Assembly (NCBI GenBank): GCA_000999095.1 | Contig: LCFP01000009.1 | Coordinates: 1 to 47,646, forward strand | Source of the DNA: Candidatus Gottesmanbacteria bacterium GW2011_GWA2_43_14 | GTDB taxonomy: Bacteria > Patescibacteriota > Microgenomatia > 2-02-FULL-39-11 | Direction: 5' to 3' | Length of the DNA stretch: 47,646 nt | Shown here: positions 18,431 to 28,006 of the stretch, piece after piece | Layout: each line of letters starts with the position of its first letter | Position numbering within the stretch: the stretch's first letter is position 1 | Program-made: the position numbers and the translations under genes | The notes under the pieces: model-generated | Databases searched by the model: none | Told to the model about the DNA's origin: nothing | The model's input: the letters and a program-made list of their open reading frames with translations, nothing else

Positions 18431-18786
18431 AATTTCCCAGAAATCTGCTGGATAATGTTTACAATAATATGGTTGGCTTAAAAAGCAAAATTGAGCAGAG
18501 GCTTTCCAGTCTCAAATTGCAGGACCCGTTTTCCGACCCGGACCGTTTAAATGATAATGCCGCTTCCGATACCGATGCCAAAGAAGAAAGTTCTCATGAA
18601 AGAATGGAAGCATTGGAAAAGGTATTGAAGTCACAGCTTGAAGAGATCAACCTGGCTTTGGAAAGAATAAATAAAGGAACTTACGGCAAATGTCTCAACT
18701 GCGGCAAAACCATCAGTCCGGAGAGGCTGGCCATAAAACCGTCTGCGCGCTATTGCGTCGATTGTGAGCGCAAAAAGGAAAAATAA
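18427..18786 (+). CDS. TraR/DksA C4 zinc-finger protein
   Basis: ALERI..GTYGKCLNCG..I..ERL...P.A.YCVDC motif. Confidence 0.92.
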   Translation: MKFPRNLLDNVYNNMVGLKSKIEQRLSSLKLQDPFSDPDRLNDNAASDTDAKEESSHERMEALEKVLKSQLEEINLALERINKGTYGKCLNCGKTISPERLAIKPSARYCVDCERKKEK

Positions 18787-18830
18787 GATCCCCTTTATAC
18801 GAATCGTTTTCCCTTTTATACTAATACTAA

Positions 18831-19556
18831 ATGGATATTCCCACAATTTACGAGGACGAGTATCTTTTGGTTGCCGATAAACCGGCCGGTTTGGTCGTAA
18901 ATGTTTCGGAAAATGCCAGGAATAATACTCTTCAGGATTGGGCAGTTAAAAAATTAGGCCTTGAAAACCGGGCTGATTCTTCCGGAAATCCCCAGTTTTA
19001 TCAGAGGGCGGGGATAGTGCACCGGCTGGATAAAGAAACATCCGGTTTAATCCTGATTGCGCGAGACCCCGAATCATTTGACAATTTACAACAACAATTC
19101 AAGGCAAGGACTGTCAGCAAGTCATATAGCGCTTTAGCTCACGGAAAGATAAATAATATGACTCAGGCAGTTAAAGTGCCTGTGGGCAGACTGCCTTGGA
19201 ACCGGCGTCTGTTCGGGATTTTACCTGAAGGCAGGGAAGCCGAGACGGAAATTGCGGTTACAGCTTTTTATACCGACGGGCGAGAAGAATTTACTCTGCT
19301 AGAAGCCCAGCCTAAAACCGGCAGGACTCACCAGATCAGGATTCACTTAAAACACCTGGGTCATCCGCTGGTTGGCGACCCTTTGTATACAGGCAGGAAA
19401 ATTTACCGCAATGACCGAAATTTCTGTCCGCGGCTGTTTTTACATGCAGCATATATTGCCTTCAGGCACCCTCACTCTGACAGGAATCTGCAATTTACAT
19501 CACCCCTGCCGCCTGATTTAAAAAAATGTCTGGAAAACCTGACAAAGGAAAACTGA
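18831..19556 (+). CDS. RluA/RluD-family pseudouridine synthase
   Basis: DKPAGL, HRLDKETSG, TGRTHQIRIH, GDPLY and LFLHA motifs. Confidence 0.95.
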   Translation: MDIPTIYEDEYLLVADKPAGLVVNVSENARNNTLQDWAVKKLGLENRADSSGNPQFYQRAGIVHRLDKETSGLILIARDPESFDNLQQQFKARTVSKSYSALAHGKINNMTQAVKVPVGRLPWNRRLFGILPEGREAETEIAVTAFYTDGREEFTLLEAQPKTGRTHQIRIHLKHLGHPLVGDPLYTGRKIYRNDRNFCPRLFLHAAYIAFRHPHSDRNLQFTSPLPPDLKKCLENLTKEN

Positions 19557-19575
19557 TAAGATTTTCGAATAAGTT

Positions 19576-20574
19576 ATGGGAAATAAACGGTTGAAAAAAA
19601 CCAAAAAGCTGTTCTGGCTGCCGGCAAGCCTGGTTTTGGCGTTTTTGTGTATACTGATTTTTCTCAATTTATCATCAGACTGGAATGGTGATCGCCGTTT
19701 TACCGTCGTGATGCAGAATATTTATCCGGAAGGAAGCGAAACAGAGAATGAATTGGGGATTATATCATTGGAAGCGTCATCGGGAAGGGGTATTTACTTT
19801 TATATTAATCCTGATATTATGCTTGACCTGCCCTATGGTTTTAAAACCTATCCGTCATCCTCAGTCTACCGCCTCGGCGAACTGGAAAATAACCGCGGCG
19901 GCGGACATCTTCTGGAGAGAAGTGTGGAGTTATCCCTGGGTGTGAAGACAGACGGATATATTGTGGCTAAAAATAAACAGTTTTTTTTAGCCCGGGAAAA
20001 GAAGGATTTTTCCGTTTTTAAAAAAGATAATTTTTCACTTATCAGGGGTTTGCCGTTCCTTTACCGTTTAATGATCGGAAATTTAGAATCGGATTTATCG
20101 CCAACAGAGAAATTCCGATTTTGGAACGCCGTCAGAAATATCCGGCTGGACCAGCTGGAATTTGTAAATTTAGCTCATACAACCAGTGTCTACAGGGAGA
20201 AATTGCCTGACAAAAGTGAAGTTTACCGTATAGATGCCGTCAATTTTGACCATAATCATTTCGGCAGTTTTGAAGACCGCGGAATCAGGTTTGAGGAAAT
20301 TTCCGTGGAAGTCCAAAACGCCTCAGGTGAAGAGAAAGTAGCCACCTTATTTGCCCGTGTTTTGAAAAATTTCGGAGTCAAGGTCATCGCCAGGTCAACT
20401 GCCAATGTCTTGATTAACAGGGAATGTACCGTCATTTCCGCCAATCACAAAGCCAAAACAAGCAGGCTGGTAGAAATTATGGCCACGGATTATAATTGCA
20501 TCCCGGAATTTAGCGATAACGAAAATGCCCAGGCGGATTTGATGGTGATTTTGGGCAGAAATTTTATCAAATGA
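19576..20574 (+). CDS. Membrane-anchored protein with LytR C-terminal-like domain
   Basis: N-terminal TM; VEVQNASG...A....L...G and C-terminal ADLMVILGRNF. Confidence 0.7.
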   Translation: MGNKRLKKTKKLFWLPASLVLAFLCILIFLNLSSDWNGDRRFTVVMQNIYPEGSETENELGIISLEASSGRGIYFYINPDIMLDLPYGFKTYPSSSVYRLGELENNRGGGHLLERSVELSLGVKTDGYIVAKNKQFFLAREKKDFSVFKKDNFSLIRGLPFLYRLMIGNLESDLSPTEKFRFWNAVRNIRLDQLEFVNLAHTTSVYREKLPDKSEVYRIDAVNFDHNHFGSFEDRGIRFEEISVEVQNASGEEKVATLFARVLKNFGVKVIARSTANVLINRECTVISANHKAKTSRLVEIMATDYNCIPEFSDNENAQADLMVILGRNFIK

Positions 20575-20762
20575 ATACTCAGATTATTATTTTTACCTTG
20601 ATATTTTTCATCTCTCTGGTTATGGCTCTAAGAGCTGTCAGGCATGAGTTGACCGTTCCTGAAAGTGTCAAAAAAATCAGGATTCGCAGAAAAAAAGGAT
20701 TCTCAGGGGCGATTCTTTTTTTGAAGGAAAAAATTGTTCATTATTCTTCGGGTTCATCCTGA
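20571..20762 (+). CDS. Small single-TM hypothetical protein
   Basis: ATGA overlap with the upstream stop; hydrophobic N-terminus followed by a basic tail. Confidence 0.55.
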   Translation: MNTQIIIFTLIFFISLVMALRAVRHELTVPESVKKIRIRRKKGFSGAILFLKEKIVHYSSGSS

Positions 20763-21451
20763 GTTTCATTATCGGAATTTTCTTCCGAAAGAACAGCTTT
20801 CTTAATCTCTTTCTGAATGGTGGTTGTGAATTCCTTGAGGTTGGCAGGGGAAAAGCTGGACTGGTGTTTCAATTTCTTGCCCCTGGACATTTCCCTTATG
20901 AAAACGGAAACAAAGTTTTTTTGGATGTTTTTAATACATACTAGGTAAGTGTTTCCCGCATCGATAAACCTTAACAGCCGGAAAGTAATATCATCAGGCA
21001 TGGCTCCGTAATATGTTTTGTCAGGGCCTCTGACTTCGATAGCATGTTTTTTCGGAAAAAGCTGGACAGTATCGCCGATGGATAAATTGGAGAGGATTTT
21101 AAAAGGGGCCAGATTTATCAGCTGGATGACTTTTGTTTTTCCGGGTTCTTCAATAAACAGGCTGGGGGAGACTCTTTCACTGCAGGCGGTTTTGCCCCGG
21201 CCGTTTGACATTGAGGCTATTTTCGTATAATTTTTTTGGGCGACTGAATGGTAGCGGTCAATTGAGAGAATTTTTTTATAAAGCTTGCGGGCTTTATCAA
21301 ATTCACCTGTTTGGAGATAGGCGTAAGCCAGACGGCACTGCGTTTCCAAATCATCTTTGTTATCTTTCAGGAGATTGCGGTTGATCTCAATGGCCAGATC
21401 CCAATTTTGGGCCAGAGCTGCGGATATTGCGGATGATATGGCGTCCTGCAT
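20741..21451 (-). CDS. TPR-containing hypothetical protein
   Basis: N-terminal TPR pattern (W..A..N..LL; RLAYAY...G....A...Y..L); FIEEPGKTK; acidic tail. Confidence 0.8.
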   Translation of the reverse strand: MQDAISSAISAALAQNWDLAIEINRNLLKDNKDDLETQCRLAYAYLQTGEFDKARKLYKKILSIDRYHSVAQKNYTKIASMSNGRGKTACSERVSPSLFIEEPGKTKVIQLINLAPFKILSNLSIGDTVQLFPKKHAIEVRGPDKTYYGAMPDDITFRLLRFIDAGNTYLVCIKNIQKNFVSVFIREMSRGKKLKHQSSFSPANLKEFTTTIQKEIKKAVLSEENSDNETQDEPEE

Positions 21452-21523
21452 TATCGGAATGGAGGTAGTGTAAAAGCAGTGTTGAGAAATGTCAATAGTA
21501 GAGATATAATTTGTCTAAAGAAT

Positions 21524-22252
21524 ATGTCGGGACACTCCAAATGGTCCAAAGTTAAGCACCAGAAAGCGGCTACGGATGCCGTCCGCGGTAAAATTTTTAC
21601 CAAAATGTCAAATGCCATTATTATTGCCGTTAAACAGGGCGGGGGGGTGGCTGATCCGGATAGCAATTTTAAATTAAGACTGGCTATCGACCGGGCGAAA
21701 AGCGTCAATATGCCCAAGGAAAATATCATGAGGGCTATTGAAAAAGCCGCCAAGTCAGGGGATTCGGAAAACATGTCAGAGATTGTTTATGAAGCATACG
21801 GCCCCGCCGGAGTGGCTGTTTTGATAAAAGCAGTCACTGACAACAAACAAAGGACGGTAGCTGAGGTGAAAAATTTGCTCGAGCGGGGCGGAGGAGTTTT
21901 AGCAGCGCAGGGATCCGTTTCCCGCCTGTTCAGCCAGGTGGGTCTTATCGAAATCGGAAAAGAAGGCAGGACATTTGATGAAATATTTGAATTGGCAACT
22001 GAAGCCGGGGCAATCGATATTGAAGATACGGATGAGGCTTTTTTGGTCTATACTGACCATGGTGAACTTCATAAAGTCAGGGAATTTTTACAGACTAAAG
22101 TGACAATTTTATCCGCTGAGCTGTCTTTCCGGACCGAAGCGGCCGTCCGGCCGGATAAACAGGAAACCCGTGAAAAAATAGAGAAGCTATTAGATGCTGT
22201 CGAGGATATGGAAGATGTCCAGAGGGTATATACTAATTATCAACCTGTCTGA
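21524..22252 (+). CDS. yebC: YebC/PmpR family protein
   Basis: MSGHSKW, N..LRLAI..AK..NMPK.NI.RAI, YEAYGP.G and TDNKQRT motifs; start reassigned to 21524. Confidence 0.96.
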   Translation: MSGHSKWSKVKHQKAATDAVRGKIFTKMSNAIIIAVKQGGGVADPDSNFKLRLAIDRAKSVNMPKENIMRAIEKAAKSGDSENMSEIVYEAYGPAGVAVLIKAVTDNKQRTVAEVKNLLERGGGVLAAQGSVSRLFSQVGLIEIGKEGRTFDEIFELATEAGAIDIEDTDEAFLVYTDHGELHKVREFLQTKVTILSAELSFRTEAAVRPDKQETREKIEKLLDAVEDMEDVQRVYTNYQPV

Positions 22253-22285
22253 GGATTTTCCCGTATTCAATGTTAAAATCCCATC

Positions 22286-23215
22286 ATGTACAAACGGATA
22301 AACGTTTCCACTGAAAAGAAGCATAAATACTTACAGAGGTCCATTTTTAAAAGATATCTAAATTTTAAAAAAAGACTTGGCTCAAAAAACCGCAAAAAAA
22401 GGCTCATCCGCCCCGATCCCCGTTTTATCTTAAGAGTCATATATTTTTTGGAGAAAAGGGAAAGATTTGCTCTCTCTACGGTGATTTTAACTGCAGGAGT
22501 TCTGGTCACCCAGCTGATCTGGCAGGATGTGCGTTTCGCCATGGTAATTTTCCTTTCCCTGGCTTCTTATATACTGACCGCCTGGTCTTTGCGGGAAGAC
22601 ATCAAAGGCAACGAGTGGCTGCTTTTATTTATCCTGCCCGTACTTTTTACCGCCTCTTTATCCATGTTTTACTTCCTGCTGCCTGCAAGAATGATAATCA
22701 GGCTGACGACTTCCGTAATTTTCGCCGTCGGCACTTATGCCATTCTTCTAATTGAAAATATCTACAATGTGGCTGCACAGCGTTCCATCCAGCTTCTCAG
22801 AGCGGCTCAAAGTATCGGTCTTCTGTTGACTTTGACGGTAATTTTTTTAAGCGCCAATATTATTTATTCATTAAGGTTGGGATTTATGTCGAACGCTCTG
22901 ATTTTGACTCTATTATCATTTTTTCTGGGTTTACAGTCCCTCTGGTCGGTAAAGCCGGAAAGCAGGTTTTCCCAAAGGTTTTTTATTCATGCACTGGTGA
23001 TTGCTTTCGGAGTAGGCGAGCTGTCACTGGCTTTGTCTTTCTGGCCGATTGAAAATGCTTCTTATTCTTTGCTGATTGCCGCTGCTTATTATTCCCTGGT
23101 CGGCATTATCCAGCAGCATTTTAATGAACGCCTGTTTTTTAATGTCGTGCGGGAGTATATGCTGGTATTCTTTTTCACTTTTCTTCTGACTTTTCTGACA
23201 ACCCGCTGGGGTTAG
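22286..23215 (+). CDS. Multi-pass membrane protein (DUF5656-like) with basic N-terminus
   Basis: Multiple TM segments, ENIYNVAA.RSIQLLRAA, FWP and C-terminal WG; family assignment from memory. Confidence 0.65.
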   Translation: MYKRINVSTEKKHKYLQRSIFKRYLNFKKRLGSKNRKKRLIRPDPRFILRVIYFLEKRERFALSTVILTAGVLVTQLIWQDVRFAMVIFLSLASYILTAWSLREDIKGNEWLLLFILPVLFTASLSMFYFLLPARMIIRLTTSVIFAVGTYAILLIENIYNVAAQRSIQLLRAAQSIGLLLTLTVIFLSANIIYSLRLGFMSNALILTLLSFFLGLQSLWSVKPESRFSQRFFIHALVIAFGVGELSLALSFWPIENASYSLLIAAAYYSLVGIIQQHFNERLFFNVVREYMLVFFFTFLLTFLTTRWG

Positions 23216-23293
23216 CTTCCTTACGTTTTTCTTATTAATCTCAATATTTTCCGTATGGAAATGCCTCTATGATATTTTGGGTATAAAATTTCC

Positions 23294-24853
23294 GTGGCGA
23301 TATTTGCTTATCTGATCAGGTTGTTAATTCTTTTCTTTTTGTATTTTTCCACAGCTTGGTTTGGTTTAAGACTGGATCCGGTTGAAGGGTTTGCTACGCT
23401 TTTCTGGCCTCCAACCGGTATTGCCCTGGCATTTGTCTTCCTTTATGGCTATAAATTATGGCCGGGGGTATTCAGTGCTGCATTTTTTATCAACCTTCTT
23501 TTCGGAGCACCATATTTATCAGCCTTAGGCATCAGCATCGGAAATACGCTGGAAGCGCTTTTGGGTTCGTATATTCTTAAAAGGTTTATTAAATTCAACC
23601 CCGGTATTTCCCGTATCAGAGATGCCGTGGGACTCATCTTTATTACCGCACCATTAAGCACTGTCGTAAGTGCCATAACAGGAACTGTCAGCTTGAATTT
23701 AGGGGGGATGATAGATCAGGGATCTGTTTGGAAAACTTTCGGAAGCTGGTGGCTGGGCGATATTACCAGTAATCTGGTTGTGGTACCTCTTTTTTTTCTG
23801 TATCTTCATCAACCGTTCGCCAAATTGTCAGACCTTAAATTAACTCAGCTAATTTTATTTATAATAAACTTCTTTATCAGTATCTATATTTTTTTTGGCT
23901 TTTCAGATTTTATGACCCGTGCATCGCCGTTATCCTATCTTGTTTTTCCGCCGCTGATATTAACCTCAATTGTAGCCGGACAAAAGACTGTGGTGACCAG
24001 CGCTTTTTTGGCAGCTATTATCAGTGTTTATTCCACGGTAAAGGGACAGGGTCCCTTTGCTGGAAATGACCTGTTTTACAGTCTTTTACTTGTTCAGAGC
24101 TTCATGAGCATTTTATCCATTACCGTCATATTATTGTCAGCCGCGATCTCGGAAAATAAAAAATTGGAATTGCAAAAAGATGAATTTGTCAGTATCGCTT
24201 CACACGAGTTAAAGATGCCTTTAACCACTTTAAAGGCGCTGACTCAACTGTTGATGAAACGGTATCAGCAGGGTAAAAACCGGAGCAAATTGCTTTATAT
24301 AGAAAAAATGGAAATACAAATTAACAATATAATCAGATTGGTAAATGATTTGCTGGATGTTTCAAAATTAAATTACGGCTTGTTGGAATTGAAAAAGGAG
24401 AAAGTCAGCCTTAACAGGTTGATTGATGATGCCAGGGAATTGGCTCTGGTAAAAAAACGGAATCCGGTAACCTATTTACCGTTGAATAATGACAAGATAA
24501 TCGAAGTAGATAAGGAGAGAATAAATCAGGTAATTTATAACCTCTTAATTAATGCCATGATCTATTCCGCCAAAGGAAAAAAAATAATCATCAGAATCAT
24601 AAACGGGGAGGGTTACATAACTGTTGGTATCAGGGATTTCGGAAAAGGTATCGCCTTTGAGGACCGGGGCAGGATCTTTGAAAAGTTTTACCGGTCTGAT
24701 GATAATTCATCTGAAAAAGGATTGGGTTTAGGTTTATATATTTGTGCTGAAATAATTAAACAGCACCATGGAAAAATCTGGGTCTTCAGTAGAGGAAAAG
24801 GGGAGGGGTCTGAATTTTTTTTCAGTCTGCCTTTATCCACCCATGCCCATTAA
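23294..24853 (+). CDS. MASE1-domain sensor histidine kinase (orphan)
   Basis: MASE1 FWPPTG/WWLGD; H box SHELKMPL; N box NLLINA; DFGKGI, FEKFYR and GLGLGLYI. Confidence 0.93.
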   Translation: MAIFAYLIRLLILFFLYFSTAWFGLRLDPVEGFATLFWPPTGIALAFVFLYGYKLWPGVFSAAFFINLLFGAPYLSALGISIGNTLEALLGSYILKRFIKFNPGISRIRDAVGLIFITAPLSTVVSAITGTVSLNLGGMIDQGSVWKTFGSWWLGDITSNLVVVPLFFLYLHQPFAKLSDLKLTQLILFIINFFISIYIFFGFSDFMTRASPLSYLVFPPLILTSIVAGQKTVVTSAFLAAIISVYSTVKGQGPFAGNDLFYSLLLVQSFMSILSITVILLSAAISENKKLELQKDEFVSIASHELKMPLTTLKALTQLLMKRYQQGKNRSKLLYIEKMEIQINNIIRLVNDLLDVSKLNYGLLELKKEKVSLNRLIDDARELALVKKRNPVTYLPLNNDKIIEVDKERINQVIYNLLINAMIYSAKGKKIIIRIINGEGYITVGIRDFGKGIAFEDRGRIFEKFYRSDDNSSEKGLGLGLYICAEIIKQHHGKIWVFSRGKGEGSEFFFSLPLSTHAH

Positions 24854-25009
24854 TATTATTGAGATTGTATTTAAATTATAAATATTAAAAGTTTAAAATA
24901 AATTTTACAGCGATAATAAAAAAATGACATCATAAGCGGAGGACAGGGGAGGAGTATTGTTTAAAAGGTGATGTAGTTTGATATAGGTATTAATTTTAGC
25001 CTATAGTAT

Positions 25010-25066
25010 TGTGGATAACTTTTCACGATGAGACTTTTCACAAGTAAGAAATTCTTACAATCCACA
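25010..25066. promoter_or_regulatory. DnaA-box-like cluster
   Basis: Perfect TTATCCACA on the minus strand (25010-25018), CTTTTCACA (25034-25042), CAATCCACA (25058-25066); also TTATCCACC at 24833-24841 and an AT-rich tract at about 24851-24925. Confidence 0.45.
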
Positions 25067-25113
25067 GAGGGGTCTGCCCGGGAGGAGGGAATGGAAACGA
25101 GGCTAATTTAAAG

Positions 25114-25445
25114 ACTTTAGAGCAACAGGAAGCGCTATTCTCTTCTCTATATAAAGATAATGAACAATTATATTACGCATAATAATGTCAGTTTAGATTG
25201 ATATGACGCTCCAAAATTAATGCGTACATGCCCCTGTCTTTAAAAATTAGCCTTAAAAATTATACTTAAGAATGTTCTAAAGCGCTAAAAACCCGAAACA
25301 GCGTTCCATCAAAAGTCAGGATTTCAGGCTTAAAATTAGAGGTTTAGACTGTTCTTATGCTCCAAATTACGTTACAGACTGGCTGCTGCCTTATAAATTT
25401 GCAGCCTCAAATACAAAAATATAGAGCGTTAATACGCTCCAAACT
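25114..25445. repeat. Degenerate array of five 28-bp 11-6-11 quasi-palindromes, period 74-77 bp
   Basis: 25114 ACTTTAGAGCA-ACAGGA-AGCGCTATTCT; 25190 AGTTTAGATTG-ATATGA-CGCTCCAAAAT; 25264 ACTTAAGAATG-TTCTAA-AGCGCTAAAAA; 25341 GGTTTAGACTG-TTCTTA-TGCTCCAAATT; 25418 AATATAGAGCG-TTAATA-CGCTCCAAACT. Confidence 0.7.
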
Positions 25446-26042
25446 GAAGTAGATTCAAAAATAACCCGAAAGTGCTTTATGAAGACCGATGCCCATTACT
25501 CTTTGAGTAATCTTTAATCCATTAAGTACCATGCGGTAACAATTCAGCCACTTCTCGAAAGCAGTAACCTGCTGTCCTTGTAAGTACTGCTTCTCTGTAT
25601 TGGGAGGTATGGGCAAAATGAACCCGGGGTATTTCAGGGATTTTCCAAACGAATTGTCGGCAGGGAATAAAACTAGTTTTGTCGCACAATAATTCTTTTG
25701 CGACGTTAACCAGCCTGGCCGCGGAGAAGGGGCTGGTTTTTGATTTATCCGTTGTAGACCAAATCCGTGAATTTATTTATTTGATTATTGTATTAAATCA
25801 GGAAGAAGATCCGGCAATTATATCCCCGTATAGCATGGTACCAAAGAGGTTCACAGAACTTGCCGGACAATTGGGCATCAGCTGTAATTTGAAGCCATTC
25901 TGGGGCATTACAGCCGGTCAGTAACAAGGCTAAATTTAGGGCAGTACGAGCCAGGCTTTGAATCCTAAGGATTGGTAATAATGGACTGTCAGGACAATCT
26001 AAAGTTATTAATTGAGGCTGTTGGCTAAGTTTCTGGAGAAAC

Positions 26043-26071
26043 TTGACAAAAAAAAGGTGACGTCGCAAAAT
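26043..26071 (+). promoter_or_regulatory. Sigma70 promoter of the xer gene (leaderless layout)
   Basis: TTGACA-17 nt-CAAAAT-6 nt-ATG (26078). Confidence 0.6.
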
Positions 26072-26077
26072 ATTAAT

Positions 26078-27028
26078 ATGAGCAATCTGCCCGATTTGGT
26101 TGAAAAATTTTTGGAATACCTGGAAATCGAGAGAAACTGTTCCAGATTAACCATCCGCAATTACCGCCATTATTTGAACCGCTTTACCGGTTTTGCCCAC
26201 AGGTATTCCCCTCCCCTGGATAGCGCCGAACGGATTTCGCCTGATGTCATCCGTGCCTACCGTTTATTTCTTTCCCGATATTCGGACGGGAAAGGCATGG
26301 TTTTGAAGAGGATCACCCAAAATTACCACCTGATTGCAATAAGGGCATTTCTGCGTTTCCTTATAAAAACTGATGTGGTTACTTTAAATCCGGAAAAAGT
26401 CGAATTGGGAAAAGCCGAAAGCCGGAGCCTGAAATTTCTGAATTTAGAACAGGTAAACAGACTGCTGAATATGCCTGAAATATCCACACCCCAGGGACTT
26501 CGCGATAAAGCCATCCTGGAAATATTGTTTTCGACAGGATTAAGAGTGTCGGAACTGACCAGGCTTAACAGGGATTCCATAAATTTGGACAGGAGGGAAT
26601 TCGGCGTTATCGGCAAGGGCGGTAGGGCCCGGGTGGTTTTTGTTTCGGACGGGGCTGCCAAATGGATTGAACGTTACCTGGCTGACCGCAGCGATGATTA
26701 CGAGCCTCTTTTTATCCGCTACTCAGGCAAAAAAGCCGATATGGAAGCTGCCGGAAACAAATACCGTCTGACGGCCAGATCAGTCCAGCGCATTGTGGAA
26801 AAATACGTAAAAAAAGCCCGGTTGCCGATAAAAATTACCCCACATGGTTTAAGGCATACTTTTGCCACGGATTTGCTGTCCGGCGGCGCCGACCTTAGAG
26901 CCATCCAGGAAATGCTCGGCCATAAAAACATTTCCACCACCCAGATTTACACGCATGTCACCAACCCTCAATTGAAGGAAATCCACCGCAAATTCCACAG
27001 CAAACCTTCTTTAAACGCGGAGACGTAA
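26078..27028 (+). CDS. XerC/XerD-type tyrosine recombinase
   Basis: N-terminal SAM-like FLEYL..ER..S.LT..NY; RDKAILE.LFSTGLRVSE, GKGG.R, TPHGLRHTFAT, QEMLGH..ISTTQIYTH (catalytic R-K-H-R-H-Y intact). Confidence 0.95.
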   Translation: MSNLPDLVEKFLEYLEIERNCSRLTIRNYRHYLNRFTGFAHRYSPPLDSAERISPDVIRAYRLFLSRYSDGKGMVLKRITQNYHLIAIRAFLRFLIKTDVVTLNPEKVELGKAESRSLKFLNLEQVNRLLNMPEISTPQGLRDKAILEILFSTGLRVSELTRLNRDSINLDRREFGVIGKGGRARVVFVSDGAAKWIERYLADRSDDYEPLFIRYSGKKADMEAAGNKYRLTARSVQRIVEKYVKKARLPIKITPHGLRHTFATDLLSGGADLRAIQEMLGHKNISTTQIYTHVTNPQLKEIHRKFHSKPSLNAET

Positions 27029-27104
27029 CGTGACAGGATGAAACTCACGAAATCGGCCATAACCGTAATTGAAAATGCGGATAAAAACAGTCCCAGGTGG
27101 ATAC

Positions 27105-27983
27105 TTATTCAGGATTATTTTCATGGACTAAATCTGAGGCTGTTTGCAATTCAGCTGCAATTACTACATTTGTCATCAGCATGGCGACATTGACAGGCCC
27201 GACCCCTCCAGGAACCGGCGTGTAAAATAAGGCTTTATCGGCAATTTCTTCCTGAATGTAATCAGTTTCCAAACGATCGTTTTCAGGGTGGAGACCTACG
27301 CCGATCAGGATTGTTTTATTTGGAATCATTTCATGTCGTACAATATTCGGTTTCCCTACCGCGGAAATAATAATGTCTGCGGATAAGGTTGCCGACTTTA
27401 AGTTTTCGGTTGAACTATGGGCTACGGTAAATTGAATTTTATTTTTTGTTAAATATTTAGCTATAGGCTTTCCGGCTGTCTCTCCCCTACCGATGACCAG
27501 TATCTTTTTATAATTCAGCCATTCAAAAAAATTTGAATTTTTATTTTTTTTTGAATTATTAAAAACAGATTTAAGTATTTCAATGACAGCTAAAACAACC
27601 GGAGGATCAAAAAGAGACTGCGGATGAAAACCGTCAACGTCCTTACCCGGCGCGACTAATTTGTCAAGTTTATTTGACTCAATGGCAAGATGAACAGGCC
27701 GTTGGATGATGATTCCATGGACAGAGCTGTTGGCATTCCAGCCATTGATTTGGGATATTAGTTCTTCCGGGTTTGCAGAATCGTCCAACATGGCAACGGT
27801 AACTTCAACACCAAGCTTTTCTCCCAGTTTTACTTTTTGCCGGACATACTTTTCCGAAGGCCTGTCGTGGCCAACAAGCATGACAGCTAACCTGGGAAAG
27901 ATGTTTTTTTGTTTAAGAGTATCAATTCTTTGTTTGAGATTTTCCGACAAATGAACAGCAATTTCCCGGCCGTTTATAATCAT
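27105..27983 (-). CDS. folD: Methylenetetrahydrofolate dehydrogenase/cyclohydrolase
   Basis: IINGR, S..YV..K, HGIIIQ.P, KDVDGFHP, ADIIISAVGKP and TPVPGGVGP motifs. Confidence 0.93.
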   Translation of the reverse strand: MIINGREIAVHLSENLKQRIDTLKQKNIFPRLAVMLVGHDRPSEKYVRQKVKLGEKLGVEVTVAMLDDSANPEELISQINGWNANSSVHGIIIQRPVHLAIESNKLDKLVAPGKDVDGFHPQSLFDPPVVLAVIEILKSVFNNSKKNKNSNFFEWLNYKKILVIGRGETAGKPIAKYLTKNKIQFTVAHSSTENLKSATLSADIIISAVGKPNIVRHEMIPNKTILIGVGLHPENDRLETDYIQEEIADKALFYTPVPGGVGPVNVAMLMTNVVIAAELQTASDLVHENNPE

Positions 27984-28006
27984 GAATCAACTATACAGGA
28001 GTTTTT

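Noticed and set aside
25081-25111. GGAGG followed by mini-ORF METRLI*
   Set aside because: Six codons in a purine-rich patch with no further evidence.
25150-25199. Canonical dif site
   Set aside because: ATTACGCATAA resembles a XerC arm, but no TTATGTTAAAT-like XerD arm lies at 6-bp spacing.
25114-25445. CRISPR interpretation of the periodic array (GTTTAGA...CCAAA resembles type II repeat ends)
   Set aside because: Units are too divergent from each other, central positions vary, and no cas genes are in the window; a highly decayed array cannot be fully excluded.
25609-25924. 81-aa ORF 25679-25924 and a short SD-led ORF from 25609/25618 in another frame
   Set aside because: TTG start and no recognisable motif; could be a frameshifted remnant or small gene but cannot be supported.
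26078-27028. Integron integrase or prophage integrase
   Set aside because: No IntI-specific insertion apparent, no attC-flanked cassettes and no phage genes; it looks like a housekeeping Xer.
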